This document shows positions 8,062 to 18,478 of a stretch of DNA of 32,000 nt, in pieces. Each line of letters begins with the position of its first letter. Position 1 is the first letter of the stretch. This DNA is from Bifidobacterium longum subsp. longum JCM 1217. Lineage in GTDB: Bacteria > Actinomycetota > Actinomycetes > Actinomycetales > Bifidobacteriaceae. Below the pieces are notes generated by a model. It was not told where the DNA came from, searched no databases, and saw only the letters and a program-made list of their open reading frames with translations. The translations under genes and the position numbers were made by a program. The DNA lies in contig NC_015067.1 in the NCBI RefSeq assembly GCF_000196555.1, forward strand, positions 1,050,001 through 1,082,000. Reading direction: 5' to 3'.

Positions 8062-8727
8062 TTACAGGAAAACCTCCGACCACTGGTCGGGATTCGGAAT
8101 GCTGCGCAGCGGGCCGGCCAACGATACGGCCAATCCCGCTACGGAACAGACCACGGCTACGGCCATCACCGCCGTGAAACCGAGATCTGGCTGTTGCAAC
8201 AGCCAGCCGACCATCGCCGGGCATGCTGCGCCCAGTATGCCGACCGTGGTTTCAAATACGGCAGAAGCCCGCCCCTGCATGTTGTCGGGTGTCTTGCCGT
8301 AGAGAAAGCCCAGCAGGCCAGCGTTCAACGCGGGGAACGGCAGGCCGGCCAGAATCTGGCAGATCAGAATGGCCGCGTAGCTGTGCAGGAATAGCAGTGG
8401 CATCTGGCTGACCACGAACAACGTCAGCGCGCCCGCAATCAGTTTCCCTGTGGGAACCATATCGACTAGCTTGTTGGCCAACAGCGAGCCGACCAAAGTA
8501 CTCACGCCCATTGCCGTGCCGAGCAGTCCGATCATGACCGCGTTGGCGCCACGGGCGGCCAACATGATCTGCGCGCCGGTGATACTGGCTACGCAGGCGA
8601 TGTTCACAATTGCACCGAGTATGATCGCGGATAGGAAATTCCTTTTGGTCAGGGCCCATCGCCAGCCTTCGACCAAGTGCGTGGGAAATGGCACAACAGA
8701 AGTGCCGTGGGCCCAAACGGCGACCAC
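8062..8727 (-). pseudogene. MFS transporter, C-terminal six-helix half only
   Basis: The 221-aa ORF begins in what looks like the central MFS loop (EGWRWALTKRNFL) and has about 6 TM helices. An in-frame TAA (8731-8733) lies 1 codon upstream of the first possible start (GTG). No N-terminal half is encoded in 8728-9090. Confidence 0.6.
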
Positions 8728-8897
8728 GGCTTAGCGCGACGAGTCAACGCGCATTAGCTGTCTGCGAACGACACCAACACCTTGTGCATAACAATGCCCC
8801 TTTGCAAAAAAACAAACTCCAATTATTGTACCAGTTCGAGCATAGAACCAGGCGCGTCACTGGGCACAACATAATCGGCCATCAATGGTTTCTCGGC

Positions 8898-9084
8898 TTC
8901 GAGGGGCTGATTTCGTCCGGTGGGGACATCTACTTGGCTTTCGAGGGGCTGCTCAAACGCCAAACCGCGAGTATAAACGGCTTTGCGGCAACGCCATTAC
9001 GCCATTGTGGAGCCTTGTCTACTCGGGCATCAGCCCCTTGAAACGGAGATAGATCTCCGGCAAGTGCCAAATCAGCCCCTCGAA
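8898..9084. repeat. about 190-bp imperfect foldback / MITE-like element
   Basis: Outer pair: TTCGAGGGGCTGATTT 8898-8913 / AAATCAGCCCCTCGAA 9069-9084. Inner pair: TTTCGAGGGGCTG..CAAACG 8939-8959 / ATCAGCCCCTTGAAACGG 9029-9046. The spacers are also partly complementary. Confidence 0.55.
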
Positions 9085-9090
9085 ATCGAG

Positions 9091-10491
9091 TTAGGCGTTG
9101 TTTTCGCGTTTGCGCTGCCGTTCGAGTGCGTAATAAGCCGCGTAGCAGCAGGCGACGAACGGGATCATGCAATACAGGGTCGAACGCTGCGTATCATCGA
9201 GCACCACGAGCACCAGCGCGCCGATGCACATCACGATGGCCAGCCACGGCAGCACCGGGAAACCGGGCGCACGATAGCCGAGCTCATCGGCGCTGTGCCC
9301 ATCCCGCGCCCATTCGCGCCGGAAACGGATATGGCACACGCATACGGAGAACCACACCACCAGCGTCGCCAAACCTGACACGGCGACCAACACCAGATAC
9401 ACGGTCGAGGCGGCGATCACGGAAGACAGCAACGCCAGCAGTGAGCCCGCCATGCTGAACAGCACGGCCCACACCGGCACACCACGGAAATTCGTCCTAG
9501 CAAAACGTTCGGGAATCAGCCGCTCCTTGGCCAGCGACCACACCATGCGCGAACACACGTACAGGCCGGAGTTCGCGGCGGAAAGCACGGCCGTCAACAC
9601 CACGAAGTTCATGATGTCGCCGGCGAACGGCATACCGATTGACTGGAACACCAGCACGAACGGGCTCGTATCCACGCCGGCCTGATGCCAGGGGATCAAG
9701 GCCGCCATCACCAGAATCGAGCCGATGAAGAAAATCGCCAGGCGCAGCACCGTGGTGTGCACGGCCTTGGGAATCGCACGCGAGGGATCCTTGGTTTCGC
9801 CGGCCGCCACGCCCACCACTTCGGTGCCGGAGAACGCGAACACCACGGTCAGCAAAGTCGAGAAAATCGGCGCGATGCCGCTCGGGAACCAGCCGCCGGC
9901 CACGAAGTTGCCCAGCAACGGCGCGGAATCATGACCGGCAATCGGTATGGCGCCGAAGATCGCCAGCAGGCCGATCACAATGAACGCGATGATGGCGAAC
10001 ACCTTGATTGACGCGAACCAGAATTCCGCCTCGCCGTACAGCCGCACGGACATGATGTTGAGCGCGAACACCACCACAATGAACACGGCCGACCACACCC
10101 AGGACGGCGAATGCGGGAACCATCGCTGCATCAACAGCCCTGCGGCCGTGAATTCGGAGGCGAGCGCCACCACCCAGTTCAGCCAATACAGGATGGCGAT
10201 GGTGAACGCGGTGCCGGGGCCGATGAACCGCTTCGCATACATGTGGAAGCTGCCGGCGTACGGCATGGCCACGGACAGCTCGCCCAACGACACCATCACG
10301 CAGTAGACGAGCAGGGAGCCGGCCGCGTAAGCGAGGATCGCGCCCAACGGTCCCGCCTGATGAATCGCGTAGCCGGAGCTGACGAACAGGCCGGTGCCGA
10401 TCACGCCGCCCAGGGAGATCATCGTCAGGTGACGCGACTCCATCTTCCGTTCAAGGCCGGTATCGTCCTTGGGTGTGCCGGCTGCCGCCAT
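9091..10491 (-). CDS. APC-superfamily amino acid permease (LysP/AroP-like)
   Basis: Start set at ATG 10491, preceded by GGAG. The product carries the permease signature (RHLTMISLGGVIGTGLFVSSG ... GELSVAMPYAGSF ... GEAEFWFASIKV) and 12 TM helices. The track's 110-codon N-terminal extension overlaps the divergent nfo start and is rejected. Confidence 0.9.
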   Translation of the reverse strand: MAAAGTPKDDTGLERKMESRHLTMISLGGVIGTGLFVSSGYAIHQAGPLGAILAYAAGSLLVYCVMVSLGELSVAMPYAGSFHMYAKRFIGPGTAFTIAILYWLNWVVALASEFTAAGLLMQRWFPHSPSWVWSAVFIVVVFALNIMSVRLYGEAEFWFASIKVFAIIAFIVIGLLAIFGAIPIAGHDSAPLLGNFVAGGWFPSGIAPIFSTLLTVVFAFSGTEVVGVAAGETKDPSRAIPKAVHTTVLRLAIFFIGSILVMAALIPWHQAGVDTSPFVLVFQSIGMPFAGDIMNFVVLTAVLSAANSGLYVCSRMVWSLAKERLIPERFARTNFRGVPVWAVLFSMAGSLLALLSSVIAASTVYLVLVAVSGLATLVVWFSVCVCHIRFRREWARDGHSADELGYRAPGFPVLPWLAIVMCIGALVLVVLDDTQRSTLYCMIPFVACCYAAYYALERQRKRENNA

Positions 10492-10614
10492 GCTCGGGTC
10501 TCCTTTGGTCGGGTGAACAGTTGTGTCTCGTGTCGGTTGTGCGGGCGGCGCTCGATGCCGCCTACCATATGATAGCGGTAACACGAACAGCGAGTGGAAC
10601 ACGAGGAGTTTGGA

Positions 10615-11469
10615 ATGATGGAACTGTATATCGGATCGCATCTGTCGACGGCCGGCGGATGGAATGCGCTGCTGGAACGTTCCCATGAGGAGGGCGGTAC
10701 CGCGTTCGCGTTCTTCCCGCGTTCCCCGTACGGCAAGCGTTCGAAGGCGCTCGACCCGGCCGGCGCGGCGGCGTTCGGTGCGCGTCTGAAGGCTGAGGGC
10801 TATGGGCCGTTGGTCGTCCATGCGCCGTACGTCTACAATCTAGCCGGCAAGGATGAGGCCAAGCGCACATTCGCGATCGAGGCGTTGGCCGAGGACATCG
10901 AGCTGCTGACCGCCATCCGCGAGGCCGGCCAGGAGGTGTATATCAATATTCATCCCGGCGCGCATGTGGGCCAAGGCACCGAGACCGGCTGCCGGCTGAT
11001 CAGCGAGGGACTGAATCAGGTGTTCGAGCGTACGACCGGCGTCATGGTGCTTCTGGAGACCATGGCCGGCAAAGGCACGGAATGCGGGCGCAACTTCGAG
11101 GAGCTCGCCACGATCATGAACGGCGTGGAGAACAAGGCGAACGTCGGCGTCACGTTCGACACCTGCCATGTGTTGGATGCCGGCTACGATTTGGTGCACG
11201 ACTACGACGGTGTGATGCGCCAGTTGGATGAGGCGATCGGCTTGGCCGAGGTCAAGGCGATTCACGTGAACGATTCGCAGTTTGGCCTCGGCTCGCATAA
11301 GGATCGTCACGCCAACATCGGGCAGGGTCAGCTCGGCATCCCGTTCTTCACGCGACTGGTCAACGACCCGATCATGGCCAAGCTCCCGATGATCCTCGAA
11401 ACCAAGGAGCAGACGCCCGCCACGCATCGCGACGAGATCGAGTTGTTGCGCGGATTGGTGCAAAAGTAG
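10615..11469 (+). CDS. nfo: deoxyribonuclease IV (endonuclease IV)
   Basis: MELYIGSHLSTAGG start after GGAG. Has the AP-endonuclease-2 metal-binding pattern (HAPY ... NIHPG ... LETMAG ... FDTCH ... HVNDS). Confidence 0.9.
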   Translation: MMELYIGSHLSTAGGWNALLERSHEEGGTAFAFFPRSPYGKRSKALDPAGAAAFGARLKAEGYGPLVVHAPYVYNLAGKDEAKRTFAIEALAEDIELLTAIREAGQEVYINIHPGAHVGQGTETGCRLISEGLNQVFERTTGVMVLLETMAGKGTECGRNFEELATIMNGVENKANVGVTFDTCHVLDAGYDLVHDYDGVMRQLDEAIGLAEVKAIHVNDSQFGLGSHKDRHANIGQGQLGIPFFTRLVNDPIMAKLPMILETKEQTPATHRDEIELLRGLVQK

Positions 11470-11598
11470 TCGTAGTCGACCAATGTCGAGCAGAAGAGAC
11501 CTGTTTTTGGCTGAGGGCCATACGAGGTTAGCTATCAGCGGGGCGTTGATTGATCCGTCTTCATATACAGCTGCATAGCCGGTTCCAGCTGCAAGAGC

Positions 11599-12291
11599 TC
11601 AAAACAGACGCATGGGTTCGGTGGAATCCAATGGCTGAATAAGACGTTTGCCGTCGCTGTTCAGTGGCGCGACTTCGTGAAATTGCAGACGCCGGGAAAG
11701 CATGGTACCCGCTTCCCGCATGGAATCTAACAGTGCGGCTCCGTCAACGGAGCGGTCCAGCCATGAGGCAACCATGTTCCGAGGAGCCAGCAGGGGCATG
11801 CGATCATGCACCTTGACGAACTCGTCCGCGGCAGGGCAGGTGATGATGGTTGCGGTCAGCTGCCATGGCGATGCGGGAGACGGCCTCCACCATGAGTACA
11901 GGCCGGCCAAAGACAATAGTTCATCATGTGGCGCGTGAAAATAGAACGGCCTGCGACCTTTCCATTCGTAGTAGCCGGAAGCGGGGATGATGGCTCGCAT
12001 GGATTTTGTGGATTCGGTGAACGCCGGCTTGACATGCGCAGACTCCACACGCGCATTATATGTGGGGTAGCTCAGCACTTTGCTGGCGCTCCATCGCGGC
12101 ACCAGCGACCAATAGGCACCGGTCAGATGACGGCGGCCATCCTTGCCCTGTGCCACCACGCCAATGTTCTGCGTGGGTGCGATGTTGCAGGAAGGCTGTG
12201 GCAGAGTGTCAACGCGCACGTCATCCTCGTCTACCGCGAACTGTGAGGCCACGGCATCCCAATCCAAGTCGAGCGCGAATCTCCTGCACAT
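11599..12291 (-). CDS. SOS response-associated peptidase (SRAP/YedK family)
   Basis: 230-aa ORF starting MCRRF, with the catalytic Cys2. It has the conserved NIAPTQ, YNARVES and PASGYYEW motifs. Confidence 0.85.
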   Translation of the reverse strand: MCRRFALDLDWDAVASQFAVDEDDVRVDTLPQPSCNIAPTQNIGVVAQGKDGRRHLTGAYWSLVPRWSASKVLSYPTYNARVESAHVKPAFTESTKSMRAIIPASGYYEWKGRRPFYFHAPHDELLSLAGLYSWWRPSPASPWQLTATIITCPAADEFVKVHDRMPLLAPRNMVASWLDRSVDGAALLDSMREAGTMLSRRLQFHEVAPLNSDGKRLIQPLDSTEPMRLF

Positions 12292-12491
12292 GCGCTCAGT
12301 TTATGCCATCAATGGAATCAATCCCAGGCCGTATGACCGATATTCATGGCGATTTTCCTTTTTGTTGGCCGCTCTGGTTCCGTAGCGATACGAACCAACG
12401 AGGAATAGCCCAGAATGTAGGACGGGTTCGGCAATCGGGACAGGACGTGACCTAGAGTGGCGCATGACCGAACACCAACAAAGGGAGGACC

Positions 12492-14579
12492 ATGTCGGTT
12501 TTGGACGAACTGGTGGCGGGAGCGCTGGAGGATCAGCGCGCCCGTGAGCTCACCGTATCGCTTGAGGACGTGAAGAAGGCCGCGCTGGCGGCCCCGGCTC
12601 CGATTGACGCGACACGATGGCTTAAGCGCGCCGACGGCATCCCCGTGATCGCCGAGATCAAGCGCGCGTCCCCGTCCAAGGGCCACCTGTCCGACATCCC
12701 GGACCCGGCCGCGCTGGCCCGCGAGTACGAGAGGGGCGGCGCAAGCGCCATCTCCGTGCTCACCGAAGGCCGCAGATTCCTCGGCGGCCTTGACGATTTC
12801 GACAAGGTCCGCGCCGCCGTGCACATTCCGGTGCTGCGCAAGGACTTCATCGTCACCGACTACCAGATCTTCGAGGCCCGCGCCCACGGCGCCGATCTGG
12901 TGCTGCTCATCGTCGCCGCATTGGACGACGCCCAGCTCAAGCATCTGCTCGACCTGGCGCACGAGCTCGGCATGACCGTGCTGGTGGAGACGCACACTCG
13001 CGAGGAGATCGAACGCGCACGCCAGGCCGGAGCCAAGGTGATCGGCATCAACGCGCGTAACCTGAAGAACCTCAAGGTGGACGTGAACAAATACAACGAA
13101 CTCGCGGCCGATCTGCCCGATAACGTCATCAAGGTGGCGGAATCCGGCGTATTCGGCGCGGTCGAGGTCGAAGACTACGCCCGTGCGGGAGCGGACGCGG
13201 TACTGGTCGGCGAGGGCGTGGCCACCGCCGATGATCATGAACTTGCAGTGGAACGACTAGTAAAGGCAGGAGCACAAGTGAAAGCATCCGAAACGACCCC
13301 GCTCAGCGAACATCAGGGACCGTATTGGGGCCAGTTCGGTGGCCGCTATGTGCCCGAGGCCCTGATCACCGCCCTCGACGAGCTTGAGCGCGTCTACAAT
13401 GAGGCCAAGGCCGACCCCGAATTCCACAAGGAATTCATGACGCTCCAGCAGCGTTACGTGGGCCGCCCGAGCCCGCTGACCGAAGCCCCGCGCTTCGCCG
13501 CACTGGTCAAGGAGAAGACCGGTCTCGACGCCCGTATCTTCCTCAAGCGCGAGGACTTGAACCACACCGGTGCGCACAAGATCAACAACGCGCTCGGACA
13601 GGCCCTGCTCGTCAAGCGCATGGGCAAGACCCGCGTGATCGCCGAGACCGGCGCCGGCCAGCACGGCGTGGCCACCGCCACCGTGTGCGCCATGCTCGGC
13701 CTCAAGTGCCGCATCTACATGGGCCAGATCGACGCCCGCCGTCAGGCCCTCAACGTGGCCCGCATGCGTATGCTCGGCGCCGAAGTGGTCGAGGTGACCC
13801 TTGGCGACAAGATCCTGAAGGACGCCATCAACGAAGCCCTGCGCGACTGGGTCACCAACGTCAAGGACACGCACTACCTGCTCGGCACCGTCGCGGGCCC
13901 GCACCCGTTCCCGGCCATGGTGCGCGACTTCCAGAAGATCATCGGCGAGGAGGCCAAGCAGCAGCTCCAGGACTGGTACGGCATCGACCATCCGGACGCG
14001 ATCTGCGCCTGCGTGGGCGGCGGCTCCAACGCCATCGGCGTGATGAACGCCTTCCTGGACGACGAGCGCGTGAACCTCTACGGCTACGAAGCCGGCGGCA
14101 ACGGCCCCGAATCCGGCAAGCACGCCATCCGCTTCGCCCCCGGCACCGGCCAGCTCGGCATGTTCCAGGGCGCCAAGAGCTACCTGCTGGAAACCGACGA
14201 AGGCCAGACGCTCGACACCTACTCGATTTCCGCAGGCCTCGACTACGCTTCCGTGGGCCCCGAGCACGCATGGCTCAAGGACATTGGCCGCGTGAACTAC
14301 AGCTGGGCCACCGACGAGGAGGCCATGAACGCCTTCCGCGACCTGAGCCAGACCGAGGGCATCATCCCCGCCATCGAAAGCTCGCACGCCGTGGCCGGCG
14401 CGTACAAGGCCGCCGCCGATCTGAAGGCCAAGGGCTATGACAAGGCCGTGATGATCGTGAACATCTCCGGCCGAGGCGACAAGGACATGGCCACCGCCGG
14501 CAAGTGGTTCGGTTATCTGACCGACGACCAGGCCGCCGCGCTCGATGTGGCCGGCGCCCACGGCAATACTGTCGCCTGA
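12492..14579 (+). CDS. trpB: bifunctional indole-3-glycerol-phosphate synthase / tryptophan synthase beta chain (TrpC-TrpB fusion)
   Basis: A single 695-aa ORF after AAGGGAGGA. The N-terminal ~260 aa are TrpC-like ([12 protein letters not shown] ... LRKDFI ... NARNL). The C-terminal ~400 aa are TrpB ([10 protein letters not shown] ... [11 protein letters not shown] ... ETGAGQHG ... GGGSNAIG). Confidence 0.95.
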   Translation: MSVLDELVAGALEDQRARELTVSLEDVKKAALAAPAPIDATRWLKRADGIPVIAEIKRASPSKGHLSDIPDPAALAREYERGGASAISVLTEGRRFLGGLDDFDKVRAAVHIPVLRKDFIVTDYQIFEARAHGADLVLLIVAALDDAQLKHLLDLAHELGMTVLVETHTREEIERARQAGAKVIGINARNLKNLKVDVNKYNELAADLPDNVIKVAESGVFGAVEVEDYARAGADAVLVGEGVATADDHELAVERLVKAGAQVKASETTPLSEHQGPYWGQFGGRYVPEALITALDELERVYNEAKADPEFHKEFMTLQQRYVGRPSPLTEAPRFAALVKEKTGLDARIFLKREDLNHTGAHKINNALGQALLVKRMGKTRVIAETGAGQHGVATATVCAMLGLKCRIYMGQIDARRQALNVARMRMLGAEVVEVTLGDKILKDAINEALRDWVTNVKDTHYLLGTVAGPHPFPAMVRDFQKIIGEEAKQQLQDWYGIDHPDAICACVGGGSNAIGVMNAFLDDERVNLYGYEAGGNGPESGKHAIRFAPGTGQLGMFQGAKSYLLETDEGQTLDTYSISAGLDYASVGPEHAWLKDIGRVNYSWATDEEAMNAFRDLSQTEGIIPAIESSHAVAGAYKAAADLKAKGYDKAVMIVNISGRGDKDMATAGKWFGYLTDDQAAALDVAGAHGNTVA

Positions 14580-14602
14580 ACAAGAAGAGGAGATTTTTGA
14601 TT

Positions 14603-15472
14603 ATGACCAATGAAGCAACCACGCCGTCCGGCCAGCCGCTGGGCATCAGCCACAAGCCCAGCAAGTCGGGCGCTATGTTCACCAAGTTCAAGGCCGAGAA
14701 CAAGCCCGCCTTCATCGGCTACCTGCCCTACGGCTTCCCTAACCCGGACGTCTCGCTTGACGCCTTCAGGACGATGGTCGAGCACGGCGTCGACGCCGTG
14801 GAAATCGGCCTGCCGTACTCCGACCCGGTCATGGACGGCCCGGTCATCCAGGCTGCCGCCTCCATCGCCCTGAACAACGGCGAGACCATCAAGCGCGTGT
14901 TCGAGGCCGTCGAAACCGTGGCCAACGCCGGCGGCGTGCCGCTCATCATGAGCTACTGGAACCTCGTGTACCACTACGGCGTCGAGCGCTTCGCCCACGA
15001 CTTCGAGAACGCCGGTGGCGCCGGTCTCATCACCCCGGACCTTATCCCGGACGAGGCGGGGGAGTGGATCGAAGCCTCCGACCGCCACGGACTCGACCGC
15101 ATCTTCCTGGTCTCCCCGGACTCGTCCACCGAGCGCCTCGAAACCGTGGCCCGCAACGCACGTGGCTTCGTGTACGCGGCCGCCCGCATGGGCGTCACCG
15201 GCGAACGCGCCACCATCGACGCCTCGCCCGAACTCCTCGTGGAACGTACCCGTCAGGCCGGTGCCGAGAACGTGTGCGTGGGCATCGGCGTGTCCACCGC
15301 CGAACAGGGCGCCAAGGTCGGCTCCTACGCGGACGGCGTCATCGTCGGCTCCGCGCTCGTGCACACCCTGCTCGCGGACGACAACAAGACCGCACGCGAC
15401 CCGAAGGAAGGCTTGAAGCTGCTCGCCGCCAAGAGCGAGGAACTGGCCGAAGGCATCCACAACGCCCGGTAA
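14603..15472 (+). CDS. trpA: tryptophan synthase alpha chain
   Basis: ATG 14603 follows GAGGAG, 24 nt after the trpB stop. TrpA motifs are present (IGYLPYGFP ... VEIGLPYSDPVMDGPVIQ ... GFVYAAARMGVTG ... VGIGVS). Confidence 0.95.
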   Translation: MTNEATTPSGQPLGISHKPSKSGAMFTKFKAENKPAFIGYLPYGFPNPDVSLDAFRTMVEHGVDAVEIGLPYSDPVMDGPVIQAAASIALNNGETIKRVFEAVETVANAGGVPLIMSYWNLVYHYGVERFAHDFENAGGAGLITPDLIPDEAGEWIEASDRHGLDRIFLVSPDSSTERLETVARNARGFVYAAARMGVTGERATIDASPELLVERTRQAGAENVCVGIGVSTAEQGAKVGSYADGVIVGSALVHTLLADDNKTARDPKEGLKLLAAKSEELAEGIHNAR

Positions 15473-15490
15473 ACACCCGGTGCGCCTCAC

Positions 15491-15544
15491 GCGGGTTGTG
15501 CCGTGACACGGTAGGGTAGTCACAGAGCGTCAAGCACAACCCGC
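15491..15544 (+). terminator. GC-rich hairpin downstream of trpA (possible I-shaped terminator)
   Basis: GCGGGTTGTG 15491-15500 pairs with CACAACCCGC 15535-15544. Smaller hairpins sit inside the loop. There is no U-tract. Confidence 0.35.
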
Positions 15545-15584
15545 GCGTGGACACACACCATGAGCACCAGCAAGTAGAGGCACG

Positions 15585-16532
15585 ATGAATCTGGCTTATA
15601 TTCCCTCGCCGACCTTCTCCAAGTTCGAGATCGGCCCGTTCACTATCCACATGTACGCGATCTGCATCCTGATCGGCATCTGCGTGGCCGTATGGATCCT
15701 CGCCACACGTTGGAAGCGGTACGGCGGCACCTTCGACCAGATTCTCGATACCACGCTCGTCACCGTGCCCTGCGCACTGGTGGGCGCGCGCCTTTACCAC
15801 TGCATCACCACGCCGGCCGACTACTTCCCGCCCACCGGCAACTTGGTCAACATCCTCAAGGTGTGGGAAGGCGGCATGGCCATCTTCGGCGGCATCTCCG
15901 TCGGCACCTTGGTGGCGTTCCTGTGGTGCCGTCACAAGCACTATCCGTTCGCGATCTTCGCCGATGCCATCGCCCCCGCGCTGCCCGTGGCCCAGGCCAT
16001 CGGCCGACTCGGCAACTGGTTCAACCAAGAGCTCTACGGCTGGCCCACCACGTTGCCGTGGGGCCTGAAGCTCAACGACGCGGACGCCATCGGCAAATCC
16101 GAAATCTGCTATTCTGGCGCGCAATGCCCGGACTACAGGACCACGCTGTTCCACCCGACGTTCCTGTACGAGATGATCTGGAACCTCATTGGCGCCGCGC
16201 TCATCATCTACCTCGGCCACAAGCTTGCCGACCGGCTCAAGGCCGGCCAGCAGTTCGCCATGTACCTGATGTGGTACGGCCTGGGCCGCACCTGGATCGA
16301 GAACGTGCGCATCAACTATTCCACGGTGATCCTGGGCCTGAGGACCAACGTGTGGACCGCGATCATCGTCTTCGTGCTCGGCTGCATCCTGTTCGTCGTG
16401 CTCTACCAGTACGGGCCGGACCCCAAGGCGCAGGCGCGCGGGCTTGCGGCGGTCACCGCCGACGAGCTCGAACGCCAGAGCATCGAAGAGGAACAACTTC
16501 GCCAGAAAAAGCAAACCAATCGCACTAAGTGA
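15585..16532 (+). CDS. lgt: prolipoprotein diacylglyceryl transferase
   Basis: 315-aa polytopic ORF with Lgt motifs (HMYAICILIG ... GARLYH ... WEGGMAIFGG ... GRLGNWFNQELYG ... YLMWYGLGR). Confidence 0.95.
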   Translation: MNLAYIPSPTFSKFEIGPFTIHMYAICILIGICVAVWILATRWKRYGGTFDQILDTTLVTVPCALVGARLYHCITTPADYFPPTGNLVNILKVWEGGMAIFGGISVGTLVAFLWCRHKHYPFAIFADAIAPALPVAQAIGRLGNWFNQELYGWPTTLPWGLKLNDADAIGKSEICYSGAQCPDYRTTLFHPTFLYEMIWNLIGAALIIYLGHKLADRLKAGQQFAMYLMWYGLGRTWIENVRINYSTVILGLRTNVWTAIIVFVLGCILFVVLYQYGPDPKAQARGLAAVTADELERQSIEEEQLRQKKQTNRTK

Positions 16533-16607
16533 CACCACGATAAACAGCGCCGAAACAGCGCGAAACACGGGGCTCCAAGTCCCATTGCACAGATAAGGTA
16601 GGAAACC

Positions 16608-17276
16608 ATGAGCAATATCGCAATCGCACCCAGCATCCTGTCCGCTGACTTCTGCAACCTCGAACGTGATCTCAAGGCCATCGCCAACGCCGACTTGGTC
16701 CACGTCGATGTCATGGATCATCATTTCGTGCCGAACCTGACCCTGGGCGAGCCGATCGTCGGCCGCATCTGTCAGGTCACCGATCTGCCGGTCGACGTGC
16801 ACCTCATGATCGAGGACCCGGATCGTTGGGCTCCCGAATACGCCAAGCTCGGCGCCGCCTCCGTCTCCTTCCACATGGGTGCCACCCACGCCCCTGTGCG
16901 TCTGGCCCGCCAGCTGCGCGAGATGGGCTGCAAGGCCTGCTTCGCCGTGCGTCCGGCCGAACCGGTCGAGCCGATCTTCGATATCCTCGACGAGTTCGAC
17001 ATGGTCCTCATCATGACCGTTGAGCCCGGCTTCGGCGGCCAGAAGTTCCTCGACAACCAGATGTCCAAAGTCCGCCGCCTGCGCGATGAGATCACCCGCC
17101 GTGGCTTGAAGACCCGCATCCAGGTCGATGGCGGTGTGAGCCCCAAGACCGCGCACATCGTGGCCGAGGCCGGTGCCGACGTGCTCGTTGCCGGTTCCGC
17201 CGTGTACGGCGCCGAGAATCCTGCCCAAGCCATCGACGACATCCGCACCAAGGCCGAGGCCGCGTTCAAGGCCTGA
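16608..17276 (+). CDS. rpe: ribulose-phosphate 3-epimerase
   Basis: 222-aa ORF with Rpe motifs ([10 protein letters not shown] ... [14 protein letters not shown] ... DVHLM ... [12 protein letters not shown] ... VDGGV). Confidence 0.95.
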   Translation: MSNIAIAPSILSADFCNLERDLKAIANADLVHVDVMDHHFVPNLTLGEPIVGRICQVTDLPVDVHLMIEDPDRWAPEYAKLGAASVSFHMGATHAPVRLARQLREMGCKACFAVRPAEPVEPIFDILDEFDMVLIMTVEPGFGGQKFLDNQMSKVRRLRDEITRRGLKTRIQVDGGVSPKTAHIVAEAGADVLVAGSAVYGAENPAQAIDDIRTKAEAAFKA

Positions 17277-17338
17277 GCTCCAAGCCTGAACCGCAATCCA
17301 CCTTTCATTCATAACCACAAGAAAAGAATCTGAATCAC

Positions 17339-17602
17339 ATGAAGACGTTTGAATCCCTGTTCGCCGAACTGTCCGAAAAGGCCCAGACCCGCCCCGAAGG
17401 CTCCCTGACCGTCGACGAGCTCGACAAGGGCACCCACTTCATCGGCAAGAAGATCATCGAAGAGGCCGGCGAGACCTGGATGGCCGCCGAATACGAGGGT
17501 GCGGACCGCACCGCCGAGGAAATGAGCCAGCTGCTCTACCACGTCCAGGTCATGATGATCAAGCACGGCCTGACGCTTGAGGACGTCTACAAGCACCTGT
17601 GA
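17339..17602 (+). CDS. hisE: phosphoribosyl-ATP pyrophosphatase
   Basis: 87-aa ORF ([22 protein letters not shown] ... KKIIEEAGE ... [14 protein letters not shown]), immediately upstream of hisG. Confidence 0.9.
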
Positions 17603-17613
17603 GAGGAACGCAA

Positions 17614-18465
17614 ATGCTGAGAATCGCAGTGCCCAACAAGGGCATGCTATCCGAACCCGCGTGGAACATGCTGGCCGAGGCCGGCTACCGTCTGCGCACC
17701 AACCCTCGCCAGCTGGTCGTGCAAGATCCCGACAATGGCATCGAGCTGTTCTACCTGCGTCCGCTCGATATCGCCGTATACGTGGGCCGCGGCGCCATCG
17801 ACGTCGGCATCACCGGCCAGGATCTGCTCAAGAACTCCGGTACCGCCGCGCTCGAGCACATGCCGCTCGGCTTTGGTACTTCGACCTTCCGTTTCGCCGC
17901 ACCGAACGAATCCCCGATCACCACCCTGGAGGATATTCAGGGCAAGCGCGTGGCCACCACATTCGATAAGCTTGTACACGACTATCTGGTCGAGCACGGC
18001 ATCCAGGCCGAGACCATCCATCTGGACGGTGCGGTCGAATCCTCCGTGCAGCTGGGCGTGGCCGACCTCATCGCAGACGTGGTCTCCACCGGTACCACCC
18101 TGCGCAACGCCGGCCTGCGCGTGTTTGCCGAACCGCTCATGCACTCCGAAGCTTGCCTGATTCGTTCGCCGCGTCTGAACGAGCAGGACCCACGTCTGGC
18201 CGTGCTGACCCGCCGTCTGCAAGGCGTGCTCACTGCGCATCAGTATGTGCTGATGGACTATGACATTCCGATCAGCAAGGTCGCCGCCGCCGTGGCCGTG
18301 ACCCCTGGCTTTGAAAGCCCGACGATCTCCCCGCTGCACGACAAACAGTGGAACGCCGTGCGAGTCATGGTTCCCAAGGCCAAGGTCAACCAGCTGATGG
18401 ATGATTTGTACGAAGTCGGCGCACGCGGCATCATCGTTACCGCTCTGCAAGCCTCCCGCATGTAG
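17614..18465 (+). CDS. hisG: ATP phosphoribosyltransferase (long form)
   Basis: [10 protein letters not shown] start after GAGGAA. HisG motifs are present ([21 protein letters not shown] ... [19 protein letters not shown]), together with a C-terminal regulatory domain. Confidence 0.9.
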   Translation: MLRIAVPNKGMLSEPAWNMLAEAGYRLRTNPRQLVVQDPDNGIELFYLRPLDIAVYVGRGAIDVGITGQDLLKNSGTAALEHMPLGFGTSTFRFAAPNESPITTLEDIQGKRVATTFDKLVHDYLVEHGIQAETIHLDGAVESSVQLGVADLIADVVSTGTTLRNAGLRVFAEPLMHSEACLIRSPRLNEQDPRLAVLTRRLQGVLTAHQYVLMDYDIPISKVAAAVAVTPGFESPTISPLHDKQWNAVRVMVPKAKVNQLMDDLYEVGARGIIVTALQASRM

Positions 18466-18478
18466 ACTGTTAGTCGAT

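Noticed and set aside
10492-10821. 110-codon N-terminal extension of the amino acid permease ORF in the track.
   Set aside because: The extension is Arg-rich and non-membrane, and it overlaps the divergent nfo start. A Met with a GGAG SD at 10491 begins just upstream of the conserved permease N-terminal region.
12300-12491. Candidate trp leader peptide or attenuator upstream of trpC-trpB. A frame reads ...FCWPLWF... with two Trp codons.
   Set aside because: There is no SD or convincing start and no tandem Trp codons. There are no alternative hairpins followed by a U-tract. The frame is the tail of a long spurious ORF (12060..12455).
15339-17318. 659-aa minus-strand ORF spanning the end of trpA, lgt and rpe. 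Similar long antisense ORFs occur at 12318..13238, 13257..14561 and 14513..15523.
   Set aside because: They lie antisense to genes with unambiguous family motifs. The products are low-complexity and rich in Gly/Ala/Arg/Val/Asp. Such stop-free antisense frames are an expected by-product of codon bias in high-G+C DNA.
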